From: an uncultured Candidatus Nemicrothrix sp.
GTDB taxonomy: Bacteria; Actinomycetota; Acidimicrobiia; Acidimicrobiales; UBA8592
Assembly: GCA_913046155.1 (NCBI GenBank)
Contig: CAJWRY010000001.1
Coordinates: 25,366 to 89,365, forward strand
Length of the DNA stretch: 64,000 nt
Direction: 5' to 3'
Each line of letters starts with the position of its first letter. Position 1 is the first letter of the stretch. Under the pieces are notes generated by a model. That model was not told the DNA's origin. It saw nothing but the letters and a program-made list of their open reading frames with translations, and did no database searches. A program made the translations under genes and the position numbers. Positions 1 through 9,775 of this stretch are shown in pieces.

Positions 1-1431
1 GTTGGCGTACAAGTGTTGTTTGAGTGGAAGCAGTTTTCAGGTGGAGGTTCAGGAAAACCAGTAGGGAAACTTGAACTTTTTGGCTATGAGTTCTCAAGAG
101 GGCCAACACTCGTGCGAATAGCCCTCATCTTGATGCTAATCACATTCTGGGTAGTTGGTAATTATCAGGATGGTCGGACTGGCAGGTCATGGAATGCGCT
201 GAGAACAAGTGAAACCGCAGCTCGTGCTGCTGGGTTACCTGTTGCTTGGCTCAAAATTCTGTGTTTCGGAATAGGTGGCGGCCTTGCCGCTATCGGCGGC
301 GTCCTCTACGCACACACATTAAGATACGCAATTCCAGAAAACTACGGAGTTGCTCTCTCAATCATAGTGGTTCTTGCGCTAATCATTGGTGGGAAACATA
401 GGCTCATGGGAGCGGTACTTGGAGCTGTCTTCGTTAAATGGCTTCCAGAATTATCACGTGATGTACAAGAGTATGAAGGTCTAATCTATGGTGGAACTCT
501 TATTATCCTGACCTTGATAGCCCCAGATGGACTAGTCGGCATGTTTGAGTGGCTCGGAGAAAGAATCAAAAACCTAAAGGGTGATCCACAGGCTGAAAGG
601 TTCTCTTCTGTAGCTAAGGAAACTTCACCGTTAGAATCTCAGTTCTTAGCTCCCCTATCATCCTCTGATCCAAAGGGAAGTTTGATCGTCCGTGATGCAG
701 CTGTTGCATTTGGTGGTGTAAAGGCTGTTGACGGGGTTTCATTTGAAATACCTGCGGGAGGGGTTACCGGCCTAATCGGCTCTAATGGCGCAGGCAAAAC
801 AACTCTTTTCAATGCAATAACAGGACATGTTAAGGGGGCGACTGGACAATTCATTCTAGATGGTGAAGAAATCTCTCAGAAGCCCATTCACAATAGGGCT
901 TTGTCAGGACTTGGTCGAACCTTCCAAAACCTAAACCTTCATGACGATCTCAATGTTCTGGAACATGCTTTATTGGGGCTCGACAGGAATATGAAATACG
1001 GCCGGATTGCAGAATCTTTCCGAATGCCATGGGTACTTCGAGAAGAGAAGAAAGCACATTACGTTGCTGCAGAACTTCTGGATCATATGGACCTCTTAGA
1101 GTACTGGAATGAAAAGGTTGAAGACCTCCCCTATGGACTTCAAAAGAGAGTAGACGTCGTTCGAGCTCTAGCTACGAACCCCTCAATTCTCCTCTTGGAT
1201 GAACCTGCAGCAGGGCTACCAACTGCTGAAGCTCTAGAAATGATGAAAAAGGTGCAAGAGTATGCAAATCATATTTCTGCCGGAGTCTTGATAATCGAAC
1301 ACAATGTTGAACTAGTCGCCGACGTTAGCGACAGGATTATTGTGTTAGATGCGGGAAAAACAATAGCCGATGGTACTCCAGAGGAAGTAACAAGGAATGA
1401 GCAAGTAATCGCTGCTTATTTAGGAACATAA
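1..1431 (+). CDS. Branched-chain amino acid-type ABC transporter, permease + ATPase fusion (LivM-LivG-like); 5'-truncated by window
   Basis: Hydrophobic LivM-like N-half; Walker A GSNGAGKTT, LPYGLQKR signature, Walker B LLLDEP, C-terminal AYLG; frame open from base 1. Confidence 0.9.
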   Translation, partial: VGVQVLFEWKQFSGGGSGKPVGKLELFGYEFSRGPTLVRIALILMLITFWVVGNYQDGRTGRSWNALRTSETAARAAGLPVAWLKILCFGIGGGLAAIGGVLYAHTLRYAIPENYGVALSIIVVLALIIGGKHRLMGAVLGAVFVKWLPELSRDVQEYEGLIYGGTLIILTLIAPDGLVGMFEWLGERIKNLKGDPQAERFSSVAKETSPLESQFLAPLSSSDPKGSLIVRDAAVAFGGVKAVDGVSFEIPAGGVTGLIGSNGAGKTTLFNAITGHVKGATGQFILDGEEISQKPIHNRALSGLGRTFQNLNLHDDLNVLEHALLGLDRNMKYGRIAESFRMPWVLREEKKAHYVAAELLDHMDLLEYWNEKVEDLPYGLQKRVDVVRALATNPSILLLDEPAAGLPTAEALEMMKKVQEYANHISAGVLIIEHNVELVADVSDRIIVLDAGKTIADGTPEEVTRNEQVIAAYLGT

Positions 1432-1432
1432 T

Positions 1433-2149
1433 ATGAGTGGATTAATTATAAAGGATTTAAAAGTTGGGTATGGCCGAAATGAAGTCATCCACGGAGTTGA
1501 CATCAGGGTAAATTCAGGTGAGAAGGTCGCTCTACTTGGCGCTAACGGTGCAGGAAAGTCGACGGTACTCAAAACCATCTCTGGCCTTTTGACCCCAACA
1601 GAAGGAACAATAACATTCAACGGAGACGAAATCGGTGGAGCAAATCCTGCGGCACTTGTTGACATGGGCGTCATACAGGTGCCTGAAGGACGTAGAGTAT
1701 TCCCTGGGCTGAACGTTGAGGACAATTTAAAGGTAGCCAATTACGGAAAGTCTCCAGATCTTTTTGAAGAGGGACTTGAGACTGTTTACAATAAGTTCCC
1801 CATTCTTCAAGAAAGAAGGAAGCAAGCAGCTGGCCTACTAAGTGGCGGACAACAACAAATGCTTTCACTGAGTCGCGCAATCATAGCAAAACCAAAATTG
1901 CTACTCATAGACGAAATGTCTTTGGGATTAGCGCCGCTTCTGGTAAAAGAATTCTACGAGCAACTGGGAGACCTATTCTCTGAGGACGTGACTTTACTTC
2001 TAGTAGAACAAAATGCGGGACTAGCATTAAAGTACTGTTCGCGCTTCTACGTGCTTAGAAACGGTGAACTAGTCCTCCAAAGCGACTCGTCAGACTACAT
2101 AGATGACCCCACAGCTTTACAATCTGCATACTTAGGTGTGGACGCGTAA
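1433..2149 (+). CDS. ABC transporter ATP-binding subunit (LivF-like)
   Basis: GANGAGKST, QVPEGRRVF, LSGGQQQM, LLIDE.SLGLAP. Confidence 0.93.
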   Translation: MSGLIIKDLKVGYGRNEVIHGVDIRVNSGEKVALLGANGAGKSTVLKTISGLLTPTEGTITFNGDEIGGANPAALVDMGVIQVPEGRRVFPGLNVEDNLKVANYGKSPDLFEEGLETVYNKFPILQERRKQAAGLLSGGQQQMLSLSRAIIAKPKLLLIDEMSLGLAPLLVKEFYEQLGDLFSEDVTLLLVEQNAGLALKYCSRFYVLRNGELVLQSDSSDYIDDPTALQSAYLGVDA

Positions 2150-2168
2150 GCTCCGGGAGTGAACGCTT

Positions 2169-2651
2169 ATGGCTCGCATTGATATTCCTGATGGAGAGGA
2201 ATTAGAGCGAATACGCCTCTGGGAAATGACTTCAGGTCTTTCAGACGCGATTAACAGTTTTCGAATTGCATCTCATGATAAGAGCCAACTTACTCGAAGG
2301 GTCAGAGAAGTAGCCCGAATGCGAATAGCTGTAATAAACCAATGCCCCATATGACTTGATACCAGAAGTGCGTCGGGAACGGACAAAAAGCTTTCTGAGT
2401 CAGAGTATTGTGAAATTATTAGCGGAGAGAAACCTATTTCCTTAAATAGGCAAGAATTGCTTGCCCTAAATTTTGCTGAAGACTTTTGCAATGATCCAAA
2501 TTCACTAAATGAAGACTTTTTTGTCGAACTAAGGTCGGAATTCTCGGATGCAGAAATAGTTGATTTGGCTGGCTATGTCGCTTTCTGTTTAGGCATTGGT
2601 CGAGTATATAAAGTCTTAGATATCGCAAATGAGTGCCCAGTAGTTCATTAG
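2169..2651 (+). CDS. AhpD/carboxymuconolactone decarboxylase-like selenoprotein (CxxU), 160 aa, Sec at TGA 2352-2354
   Basis: Track ORFs 2169..2354 and 2457..2651 are in one frame separated only by TGA; read-through gives REVARMRIAVINQCPI-U-LDTR...ELRSEFSDAEIVDL, a complete AhpD-like protein with U at the second Cys of CxxC. Confidence 0.85.
2364..2396 (+). promoter_or_regulatory. Candidate bacterial SECIS hairpin
   Basis: TCG-[GGAA]-CGG apical stem-loop 21 nt after the UGA, with imperfect lower stem AGAAG/CTTTCT; folded by eye. Confidence 0.45.
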
Positions 2652-2666
2652 TAAAGTCGCTTAATG

Positions 2667-4205
2667 CTAATTGAAGGTGCTTCTCAAGTTTCGTTTGAGT
2701 ATTTTTCCTGTCGGAGCCTTAGGAAGTTCTTTGACGAATTCAACATACTTAGGTTTCTGGTAGCTTGCTAGATTACTTTTCGCAGTCAGCATAATATCCT
2801 CTGGCGATAAGTCATAACCTGGCTTAGCCACAACGAATGCCTTGACTGATTCTCCCCACTCATCGTCGGGGATACCTATCACCGCAACTTCAAGCACACC
2901 TTGGTGTTTTGCTATCGCTTCCTCAACTTGAATTGAGTAGATATTCTCTCCCCCAGAAATAATCATATCCTTAGCCCGGTCAACGATATAGCAATAGCCA
3001 TCAGAGTCCCAAGTTGCGATATCACCTGTCCACATCCAGCCATTACGAATGGTCTGACTTGTTAGATCTGGTCTTCCAAAATATCCGATCATATTTGCTT
3101 TAGACTTCACGATGATTTCACCTGGAGTCTCATTATCTTGGGGCACTACGTTCCCATCAGCGTCTACTATTCGAATAGTTGTGACAAAGCCCTCTCTTCC
3201 ACAGGACCGAAGTCTTTCGGGGTGAAAGTTTTCGCGTATTGCGAGATTGTGATCTTCCTGACTGAGGAACGTCATTGTTGTCCCTTCAGTTTGCCCATAA
3301 CCTTGTATCAAACTGCAAGGGAATGCATCGAGTGCTTCCCGAATGACCCTGCTCGGCATAGGTCCACCTCCGTATTGAATATTCCTTAACGTACTCAGGT
3401 TAAAAGATTCAAAATTCGGAACCGCCATCATCCAGTTCAACATTGTGGTTACCCCCAAGAAAGCAGAAACCTTTTCCTTTTCGATCAAGTTAAGGGCTAA
3501 CGTTGCATCAAAATTCATCAATACAAGCGGACAGCCGTGAGCGTGATAATTCATTGCTAGAACGACAGGAATATGAAACATTTGACCTGTCAGCATGTAG
3601 ACGTCGGAAGGTACTATACGTTCAGCCACAGTCTGATTTTGCATTCCGTACCAAACGCTTTCATGAGAGTGAAGAGCACCTTTTGATTCTCCGGTTGTTC
3701 CACCTGTGTAGAGAATAAAAAATGGATCCTCAGCTTTGTGGTTTGATGTTGGTGAAGGATCAACCGATGACTGAGCTTGAACTAATGATTCAAATGATTG
3801 GTCCCCTGTTTCACCGTATTCAAACCATCTATCGACCAGATCGGTTTCTGCTTGTACTTGCTTACCTAATTCAGACAAATCGCTATCAACAATTACAATG
3901 CTTGGGTTTCCATTTTCAATAATTTTAATTACTTCACTGGAAGATAATCTCCAATTCATAGGCTGAGCTATTAACCCGATTCGTCCACAGGCATAGAAGA
4001 GTGCGAGATGCTCTATTGAATTTTTGCTTAGAATCCCGACTCGATCACCTTTCTGTAGCCCAATTGATATCAAACCATTTGCTATTTTGTTTACTAGGTC
4101 TTCCAGCTCCCTAAAGCTAATTCTCCGATTTCGCTGTTCGTCAATTACTGCTACCTTGTTGGGAGTTAAACGTGCCCATTTTTGTGGTATCAAACCAATG
4201 TTCAT
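2667..4205 (-). CDS. Long-chain acyl-CoA synthetase (AMP-binding)
   Basis: YTGGTTGESKG, GYGQTE, TGD, KDMIISGGENIYS, PKAPTGK. Confidence 0.93.
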   Translation of the reverse strand: MNIGLIPQKWARLTPNKVAVIDEQRNRRISFRELEDLVNKIANGLISIGLQKGDRVGILSKNSIEHLALFYACGRIGLIAQPMNWRLSSSEVIKIIENGNPSIVIVDSDLSELGKQVQAETDLVDRWFEYGETGDQSFESLVQAQSSVDPSPTSNHKAEDPFFILYTGGTTGESKGALHSHESVWYGMQNQTVAERIVPSDVYMLTGQMFHIPVVLAMNYHAHGCPLVLMNFDATLALNLIEKEKVSAFLGVTTMLNWMMAVPNFESFNLSTLRNIQYGGGPMPSRVIREALDAFPCSLIQGYGQTEGTTMTFLSQEDHNLAIRENFHPERLRSCGREGFVTTIRIVDADGNVVPQDNETPGEIIVKSKANMIGYFGRPDLTSQTIRNGWMWTGDIATWDSDGYCYIVDRAKDMIISGGENIYSIQVEEAIAKHQGVLEVAVIGIPDDEWGESVKAFVVAKPGYDLSPEDIMLTAKSNLASYQKPKYVEFVKELPKAPTGKILKRNLRSTFN

Positions 4206-4208
4206 TTT

Positions 4209-5039
4209 TTACAGACCGCGTTGTCCAGCTTCGCGAAGAAAAGGCATAGCATCTGAATGGGGAGGATCATTAGGGGTAGAGCCGGTAGTAAGCCCACCAT
4301 CTACTACTAGACAATGCCCATTCGTGTTCCCTGATTCATCCGATGCGAGGTAGAGGGCGGCATTGGCAACATCTAAGGGCATGCCTGGCCTATTGAGAAT
4401 TGGAGATTTCGCTTTCACTATTTCACTTACCTCTTCTATTGCTTCATGGTCATCGGTATAAGCTGCGGCTACTAATGGGGTAACAGTAGATCCAGGGGCA
4501 ATACAATTTACCCTTACCCCAGACCTGCATAATTCGGCAGCCACGTTCTTTGTTAATCCAACTACTCCATGTTTAGCAGCAGCGTAGACATGAGGGCCAA
4601 GGCCGCCAGTCACACCTGCTGTGCTAGCTACATTAATAATTGAGCCTGATTTTTGTTGCTCCATATACGGGGCTGCATGTTTAATTCCTAGAAATGTTCC
4701 ATAGAGAAGAATATCTAGAGTTGCTTTGAACTCTGATGCGTCTGTTGAAGAGATTGGCCCTCTAGACCCCACAATACCCGCATTATTCATCACGATGTCT
4801 AAGCTTCCGTACGTTGATACCGCAGCTTCCATCAGTTCCTCTACATCGGCCTCCTCAGTCACGTCGCAATACTTAAATATTGCTTTGTGTCCCATTTCTG
4901 AGGAAAGATCTTCACCAAGTTCCCTTTGGATATCTCCAATTATGACAAGCGCTCCTTCCTCGACAAATCTTTTGACGGTCGCCTTACCTATGCCAGATGC
5001 TGCCCCTGTTACGACGGCGACTTTTTCTTTCAGCCTCAT
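4209..5039 (-). CDS. SDR family oxidoreductase
   Basis: TGAASGIG, NNAG, YAAAK. Confidence 0.93.
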   Translation of the reverse strand: MRLKEKVAVVTGAASGIGKATVKRFVEEGALVIIGDIQRELGEDLSSEMGHKAIFKYCDVTEEADVEELMEAAVSTYGSLDIVMNNAGIVGSRGPISSTDASEFKATLDILLYGTFLGIKHAAPYMEQQKSGSIINVASTAGVTGGLGPHVYAAAKHGVVGLTKNVAAELCRSGVRVNCIAPGSTVTPLVAAAYTDDHEAIEEVSEIVKAKSPILNRPGMPLDVANAALYLASDESGNTNGHCLVVDGGLTTGSTPNDPPHSDAMPFLREAGQRGL

Positions 5040-6217
5040 GATTCCCCTTGCATTTCATTTTGTGGTTCGATCCGCCCCACTCTTTGCCATGCAAAAACAG
5101 CAGCAAATAGCAAAGCGGTGGTACCCAACCAAGAATACGCAAAGCTTTCTGTCCAGTCCACAACGAATCCGAATAAGGGGGGTGATGCTAGTGCCCCTAA
5201 GTAGTATCCGGTCATAGTAATCCCAGTAGCTCTACTGACTGAAAGCGGAGCTTTATCTACTATGCATGCATGCATTGTTCCGATAGCTGAGAGTTGCGTT
5301 GAGACGCCAATGATAGCGCCTATTATCACCAATTCAATACCTAGTGCGGGGCCAAGACTAACCAATAAGACTGCAATTGATGAAGAAAATAGCAGAGCCA
5401 TTAGCAACTTAATTCTACTTTTGGCACCTACTCTGTCAGCAAACAGGCCATTACATATCATGGCCAAGACTCCAGAGAAACAAGCTATGGAAGTTACTGC
5501 TCCAGCAAATCCTGAGCTTGCGTCAAGAGAATCCTCTAAATATGAGACGATCCATGAGTAAAGGGGCTGAGATCCAGCTATAAGCAGAAAAGAAGCTATC
5601 CCGAACCAGTAGAAGTTTGATGGAAGCGTCTTATCGTTAGTCTGCTCAACACTATCGGTTATCAGATTCGGAACGAAAAGAAGCGCAGAAATCCCTACAC
5701 AAAGAGCAACTGCACCATTAACCACCAGGATATGTTCCCATTTCCATTGGTCTGCAGACCATGGACCTATCGCTGCCGCTAATGCAGCCATGAGCGGTAC
5801 GCCCGACGTTTTCACAGACATTGCAAGAGTGCGCTTTTCTGCTCCGATTACTTTTCCGATCACAACATTTGTTCCAGTATTTGAAAGCCCGTATGCTGCC
5901 CCTGCTAGCACGCTGGATATAACCCAGATGCTATAAGTCCCTATTGCAGCGATTAGAAAAGAGCAAATTGCGACAATAACCATATCCATTACGATTGAAG
6001 TTCTTGGCCCTATTCGTTCGGTAATTTTCCCTGCAAGAATTGAACCCAAGCCTGTTGAGCCGAAGTAAATACCAACAATCAATCCTACTTTTCCTTTTGA
6101 AACAAGTAACTCTTGGCTCAGAACAGTAGCTAGGAAACCAGGGAAAAATCCCAAAGACGCCCCAATTCCGACAGCGCCAGCCGAAACGGCTACAACACTC
6201 TTTTCCTTAACCCTCAT
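5036..6217 (-). CDS. MFS transporter
   Basis: About 12 hydrophobic segments, GKITERIGPR motif A; ATGA overlap with the SDR. Confidence 0.88.
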   Translation of the reverse strand: MRVKEKSVVAVSAGAVGIGASLGFFPGFLATVLSQELLVSKGKVGLIVGIYFGSTGLGSILAGKITERIGPRTSIVMDMVIVAICSFLIAAIGTYSIWVISSVLAGAAYGLSNTGTNVVIGKVIGAEKRTLAMSVKTSGVPLMAALAAAIGPWSADQWKWEHILVVNGAVALCVGISALLFVPNLITDSVEQTNDKTLPSNFYWFGIASFLLIAGSQPLYSWIVSYLEDSLDASSGFAGAVTSIACFSGVLAMICNGLFADRVGAKSRIKLLMALLFSSSIAVLLVSLGPALGIELVIIGAIIGVSTQLSAIGTMHACIVDKAPLSVSRATGITMTGYYLGALASPPLFGFVVDWTESFAYSWLGTTALLFAAVFAWQRVGRIEPQNEMQGES

Positions 6218-6259
6218 GAACTTTTCTAGAGAACTTGGGCAAATAGATACTCGCCGAAT

Positions 6260-7888
6260 TCATCCACGTATCTCAGCAGCTATCTGCTCTCGAAGGCGAA
6301 TCTTTTGTATCTTAGTTGCGGACATTGGCCATTCCGTTACGAATCGCACGTAACGAGGTATTTTGAAACTTGATAGTTGCCCCTTGCAGAATTCAATTAT
6401 TTCATTTTCAGTTGAGGACATTCCTTCTTTAAGTTGAATGAATGCTGCGGGTACCTCAACATATTTATTATCGGGCGCCGAAACAACTTGAGCTAACTGA
6501 ATTGCAGGGTGATGTGAGAGAAAACCTTCAATTTCAACTGCGGCAACATTTTCACCGCCGACCTTGAGCATGTCCTTTATTCTTCCGTGGTAAGTGACTC
6601 TACCCTCTTCATCTAGTGAACATAGGTCCCCTGTCCTGAACCAACCGTCTTCTGTAAAGGCCTCCAGGTTCTTTTCAGGCGCATTATGGTATCCCTCAAA
6701 TACGCAATAGCCTTTTATTAGAATCTCGCCTTGTTCGTTAGCCCCCAGAATTTCGTCAGTTTCTGGATGTCGAATTTGAGCTTGAATACCCCGGAAAAGC
6801 TTTCCTGAAGTTTCAGTCCTTTTCTCAAGTGAATCCTCAACATGACCAAATGAAACTACTCCGCCACATTCAGTCAGTCCGTAAGCACTTATTTGTACAG
6901 TGTTAGGCATCCGTTCTTGCATTGAGACAAGAAGATCCGCAGGACCTACATTGTTGACGATTCGCATGTTGAGTGCATTCGGATCATAATCAACGTGGTT
7001 AAGCAGGGCTTCCATGATTGTAGGAAAACTGGCAAAATTTAATGTAGCTTTTTCAGATTTCATGTAGGAGAGAGCTAATTTGGGTTCAAAGTATTCCATA
7101 GTCAACAAAGCGGCTCCGGCATCAATACATGCTATGAGTGGCAAGACAAAACTCATATGAAACATAGGGAGAGGATCCCACATCCTATCCGTTTCTGTAA
7201 TCATGAAACGAGTTCTACCTGCCTCGACAGCCGGTCGAACCAATGCTTCATGTGTAATAGGGCATCCTTTGGGGTTTGCAGTAGTACCCGATGTATACAT
7301 CATCATTGCTATGTCACGAACTTGAAGACGTGAGCGGCTTATCTCAATTTCCTCCACTTCAATATTTTCGCTGAGAGTTTCGAATGTTTCTGTATCAAGC
7401 ATTCCTACCGGCATGCGCTCTCCGAACAAAATAATAGAATTTAAATTACGGGCTTCAGGTAGTTGAAGTTGCATTGGATCTGTTTGATTTTCTAAATTTG
7501 GAAATGCTTCCTGAAGTAGTTCCACAAAGTCCACATGTTCAACTATCCGGTCGGTTGTCGCAAGCACCTTTAAACCCGCGTCATCAATCACATAGGCAAG
7601 TTCCTTCGCTTTGTAGCGAGCGTTAATGGGAACCGGTATTGCCCCAATGAGTTGACTTCCAAGAAGTAGATCAACAAATTCGATACAATTTGACATCAAT
7701 ATTCCAACAGAGTCACCGTCATTGATTCCGATTGCCTTAAGTGACCTCGCAGCATTTGTAGCCCGCTCGTAGAGTTGTGCAAATGTAGTTTTTGATTCAG
7801 GAAACACCACTATGTCGGAATCAGGATGTTTATTAACTGCGCGTGCCAATAAATCTGGAAGAGTGTAGACATCAGAAACTGTTAACAA
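6260..7888 (-). CDS. Fatty acyl-CoA synthetase (AMP-binding)
   Basis: YTSGTTANPKG, YGLTE, RTGD, KDMLKVGGENV. Confidence 0.93.
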   Translation of the reverse strand: MLTVSDVYTLPDLLARAVNKHPDSDIVVFPESKTTFAQLYERATNAARSLKAIGINDGDSVGILMSNCIEFVDLLLGSQLIGAIPVPINARYKAKELAYVIDDAGLKVLATTDRIVEHVDFVELLQEAFPNLENQTDPMQLQLPEARNLNSIILFGERMPVGMLDTETFETLSENIEVEEIEISRSRLQVRDIAMMMYTSGTTANPKGCPITHEALVRPAVEAGRTRFMITETDRMWDPLPMFHMSFVLPLIACIDAGAALLTMEYFEPKLALSYMKSEKATLNFASFPTIMEALLNHVDYDPNALNMRIVNNVGPADLLVSMQERMPNTVQISAYGLTECGGVVSFGHVEDSLEKRTETSGKLFRGIQAQIRHPETDEILGANEQGEILIKGYCVFEGYHNAPEKNLEAFTEDGWFRTGDLCSLDEEGRVTYHGRIKDMLKVGGENVAAVEIEGFLSHHPAIQLAQVVSAPDNKYVEVPAAFIQLKEGMSSTENEIIEFCKGQLSSFKIPRYVRFVTEWPMSATKIQKIRLREQIAAEIRG

Positions 7889-7943
7889 TGGTCCCCCTTA
7901 GGAGTCGTCTTGATAGGATGCGAAAATACATTTGGAGATTCAC

Positions 7944-8282
7944 ATGTTGACACCTGAAGAGGTAGCCGAGAAACATCTTACCGCAGTCAAAGGCGGAGAC
8001 CCATTTCTAATGGCTGAAGACTATGCTCAAGATGCACTTTTGGTTAGAGGCGAAGATGTTTTCGCCGGAAAGGAAGAAATATTCAACTACTTTGCAGGAG
8101 TTCCTAACAGGATGGGTTCTGGAGTAATTAAATTTATGAAATTAGAAGTGGACGGAGCGAGTGTGAGCTTTTTTTGGGAAATCACTGATGACAAAAAAGT
8201 AGTTTCAGGAAAAGATGTAATGATTATTAAAAACGGTTTGATCCAACATCAGGAAGTGACTCTACTAACCGAGGATTTTTAG
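7944..8282 (+). CDS. SnoaL/NTF2-like protein
   Basis: DYAQDA...GKEEIFNYF...GKDVMIIKNGLI pattern; GGAG before ATG 7944. Confidence 0.75.
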   Translation: MLTPEEVAEKHLTAVKGGDPFLMAEDYAQDALLVRGEDVFAGKEEIFNYFAGVPNRMGSGVIKFMKLEVDGASVSFFWEITDDKKVVSGKDVMIIKNGLIQHQEVTLLTEDF

Positions 8283-9007
8283 CTTTCTGACCTGCCTTCC
8301 ATGATGCCATCTGCACCTGGAAGCCACGATGCGACTCCTGCTACTGGGATTGCACAAATTACTGATTCAACAATTTCTGCTTCAGATGCTCCGGCTTTTC
8401 TTGCACCATTCGCATGCACGTTCACGAATCTAGATGAAAATTCTGCCGCGTTAACGGTACAAAGAAGCAATTCCACATTCTTGGCGTCAAGAAGATTCTC
8501 TGCAAGGCTAAACTCCCTCATCAATACGTAACCTTCAAGTGCTCGAGGAGCATCGTCTGCCATGAGTTCAACATACGGAGGTATAAATCCAAAATAACCT
8601 TCGAAATATTCAAGACAACTGTCACGGTCAAGTTCAAAATCCGGCATAACTTGAGACTCAATTTCAATTGCTTCGTTATAGATTTCGTTAACAGCTGCAG
8701 TGAATCTTGAGTAGACTTCTTCCCCCCTACTAATGAAAACAGTCAAGGCTGCTCCTCTCGCATCGTTTAAGGACAGACCTAGTTCCTTTGATCTACGAAG
8801 CTCTTCGTGAAGAAGTTGATCATGTCCTTTTACAGCTGCTGCAGAAGCCATGAAAAGCGCCTTAGCCCAAGCTGGTAAGGCACCATCACGATCAGTTACG
8901 TCGCGTAAACGAGCATAACCCTCTGCAAATTTTTGTGATTTTGCCGCAATTTCGCCTGAAAGCAGGACTTGACTTCCTAATGTTTTATGATCGGCATTTT
9001 CTCCCAT
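8279..9007 (-). CDS. Two-domain carboxymuconolactone decarboxylase (CMD/AhpD) family protein lacking CxxC
   Basis: LDAKNVELL...VHANGARKAGASEAEIVE in the C-half; degenerate copy GALPAWAKAL...SKELGLS in the N-half. Confidence 0.8.
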   Translation of the reverse strand: MGENADHKTLGSQVLLSGEIAAKSQKFAEGYARLRDVTDRDGALPAWAKALFMASAAAVKGHDQLLHEELRRSKELGLSLNDARGAALTVFISRGEEVYSRFTAAVNEIYNEAIEIESQVMPDFELDRDSCLEYFEGYFGFIPPYVELMADDAPRALEGYVLMREFSLAENLLDAKNVELLLCTVNAAEFSSRFVNVHANGARKAGASEAEIVESVICAIPVAGVASWLPGADGIMEGRSES

Positions 9008-9016
9008 GACTCTCCT

Positions 9017-9775
9017 TTATAGTTTTGAGACTTCTCCACCATCGATTACGAAACATGCCCCTGTAACGAAATCGGATATTGGCGACAGCAGATAGGCAAC
9101 CATTGGAGCAATTTCTTCAGGAAGTCCCATTCGTCTTTGAGGTATTTTTCGCAATCTAGCTTTCAGAACATCCTCATTTTCTAGGACTGCTGATTGAGCT
9201 GATGTTTCAAAGGCACCTGGGGCAATTGCATTGATACGAATTCTATACCTTGCCCATTCAGCAGCGAGTGATTCTGTAAGTCGTAATAGAGCTCCTTTTG
9301 ATGCTGAGTAGGAAGCGAGAGAAGCTTTTCCCTTCAATCCGGAAGTTGATGCGATATTGACGATTGATCCACCTCGTTCTTGAGCAACGAAATGTTTTGC
9401 TGCTGCTTTCGCTATTATTGCTGGGGCAATGACGTTGACTTTCAAAGTATTTTCCATAATCTCAATATCGCTATTTAAGGAATTTTCGGCAGGAGCAATC
9501 CCAGCGTTATTAACAATGCCATGCAAATTTCCGAATCTGCCACAAGCGACAGAAACTAATTCTTGTACTTCTTTCTTGATAGAAAGATCACATCGGACTG
9601 GAAGTATTCGTTCATCATTGTGTTTTTGAAGTGAATTTAGATCTTCCTCAGATCGAGCAGCAGCAACTACATATGCGCCCTCATCAATTAAATACTTCGA
9701 TATCGCCGACCCCAAACCACGGCTTGCTCCAGTTACTATTATTACCTTGTCTTCCAGCTCAAGATCCATCAACAA
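9017..9775 (-). CDS. SDR family oxidoreductase
   Basis: TGASRGLG, NNAG, YSASK. Confidence 0.92.
   Translation of the reverse strand: MLMDLELEDKVIIVTGASRGLGSAISKYLIDEGAYVVAAARSEEDLNSLQKHNDERILPVRCDLSIKKEVQELVSVACGRFGNLHGIVNNAGIAPAENSLNSDIEIMENTLKVNVIAPAIIAKAAAKHFVAQERGGSIVNIASTSGLKGKASLASYSASKGALLRLTESLAAEWARYRIRINAIAPGAFETSAQSAVLENEDVLKARLRKIPQRRMGLPEEIAPMVAYLLSPISDFVTGACFVIDGGEVSKL

Noticed and set aside
5036-7888. TGA of the acyl-CoA synthetase (6260) is in frame with the MFS gene through a stop-free 42-nt spacer, suggesting a read-through fusion
   Set aside because: The TGA is at the normal ligase C-terminus, not at a Cys-motif position, and no convincing hairpin follows; likely coincidence.
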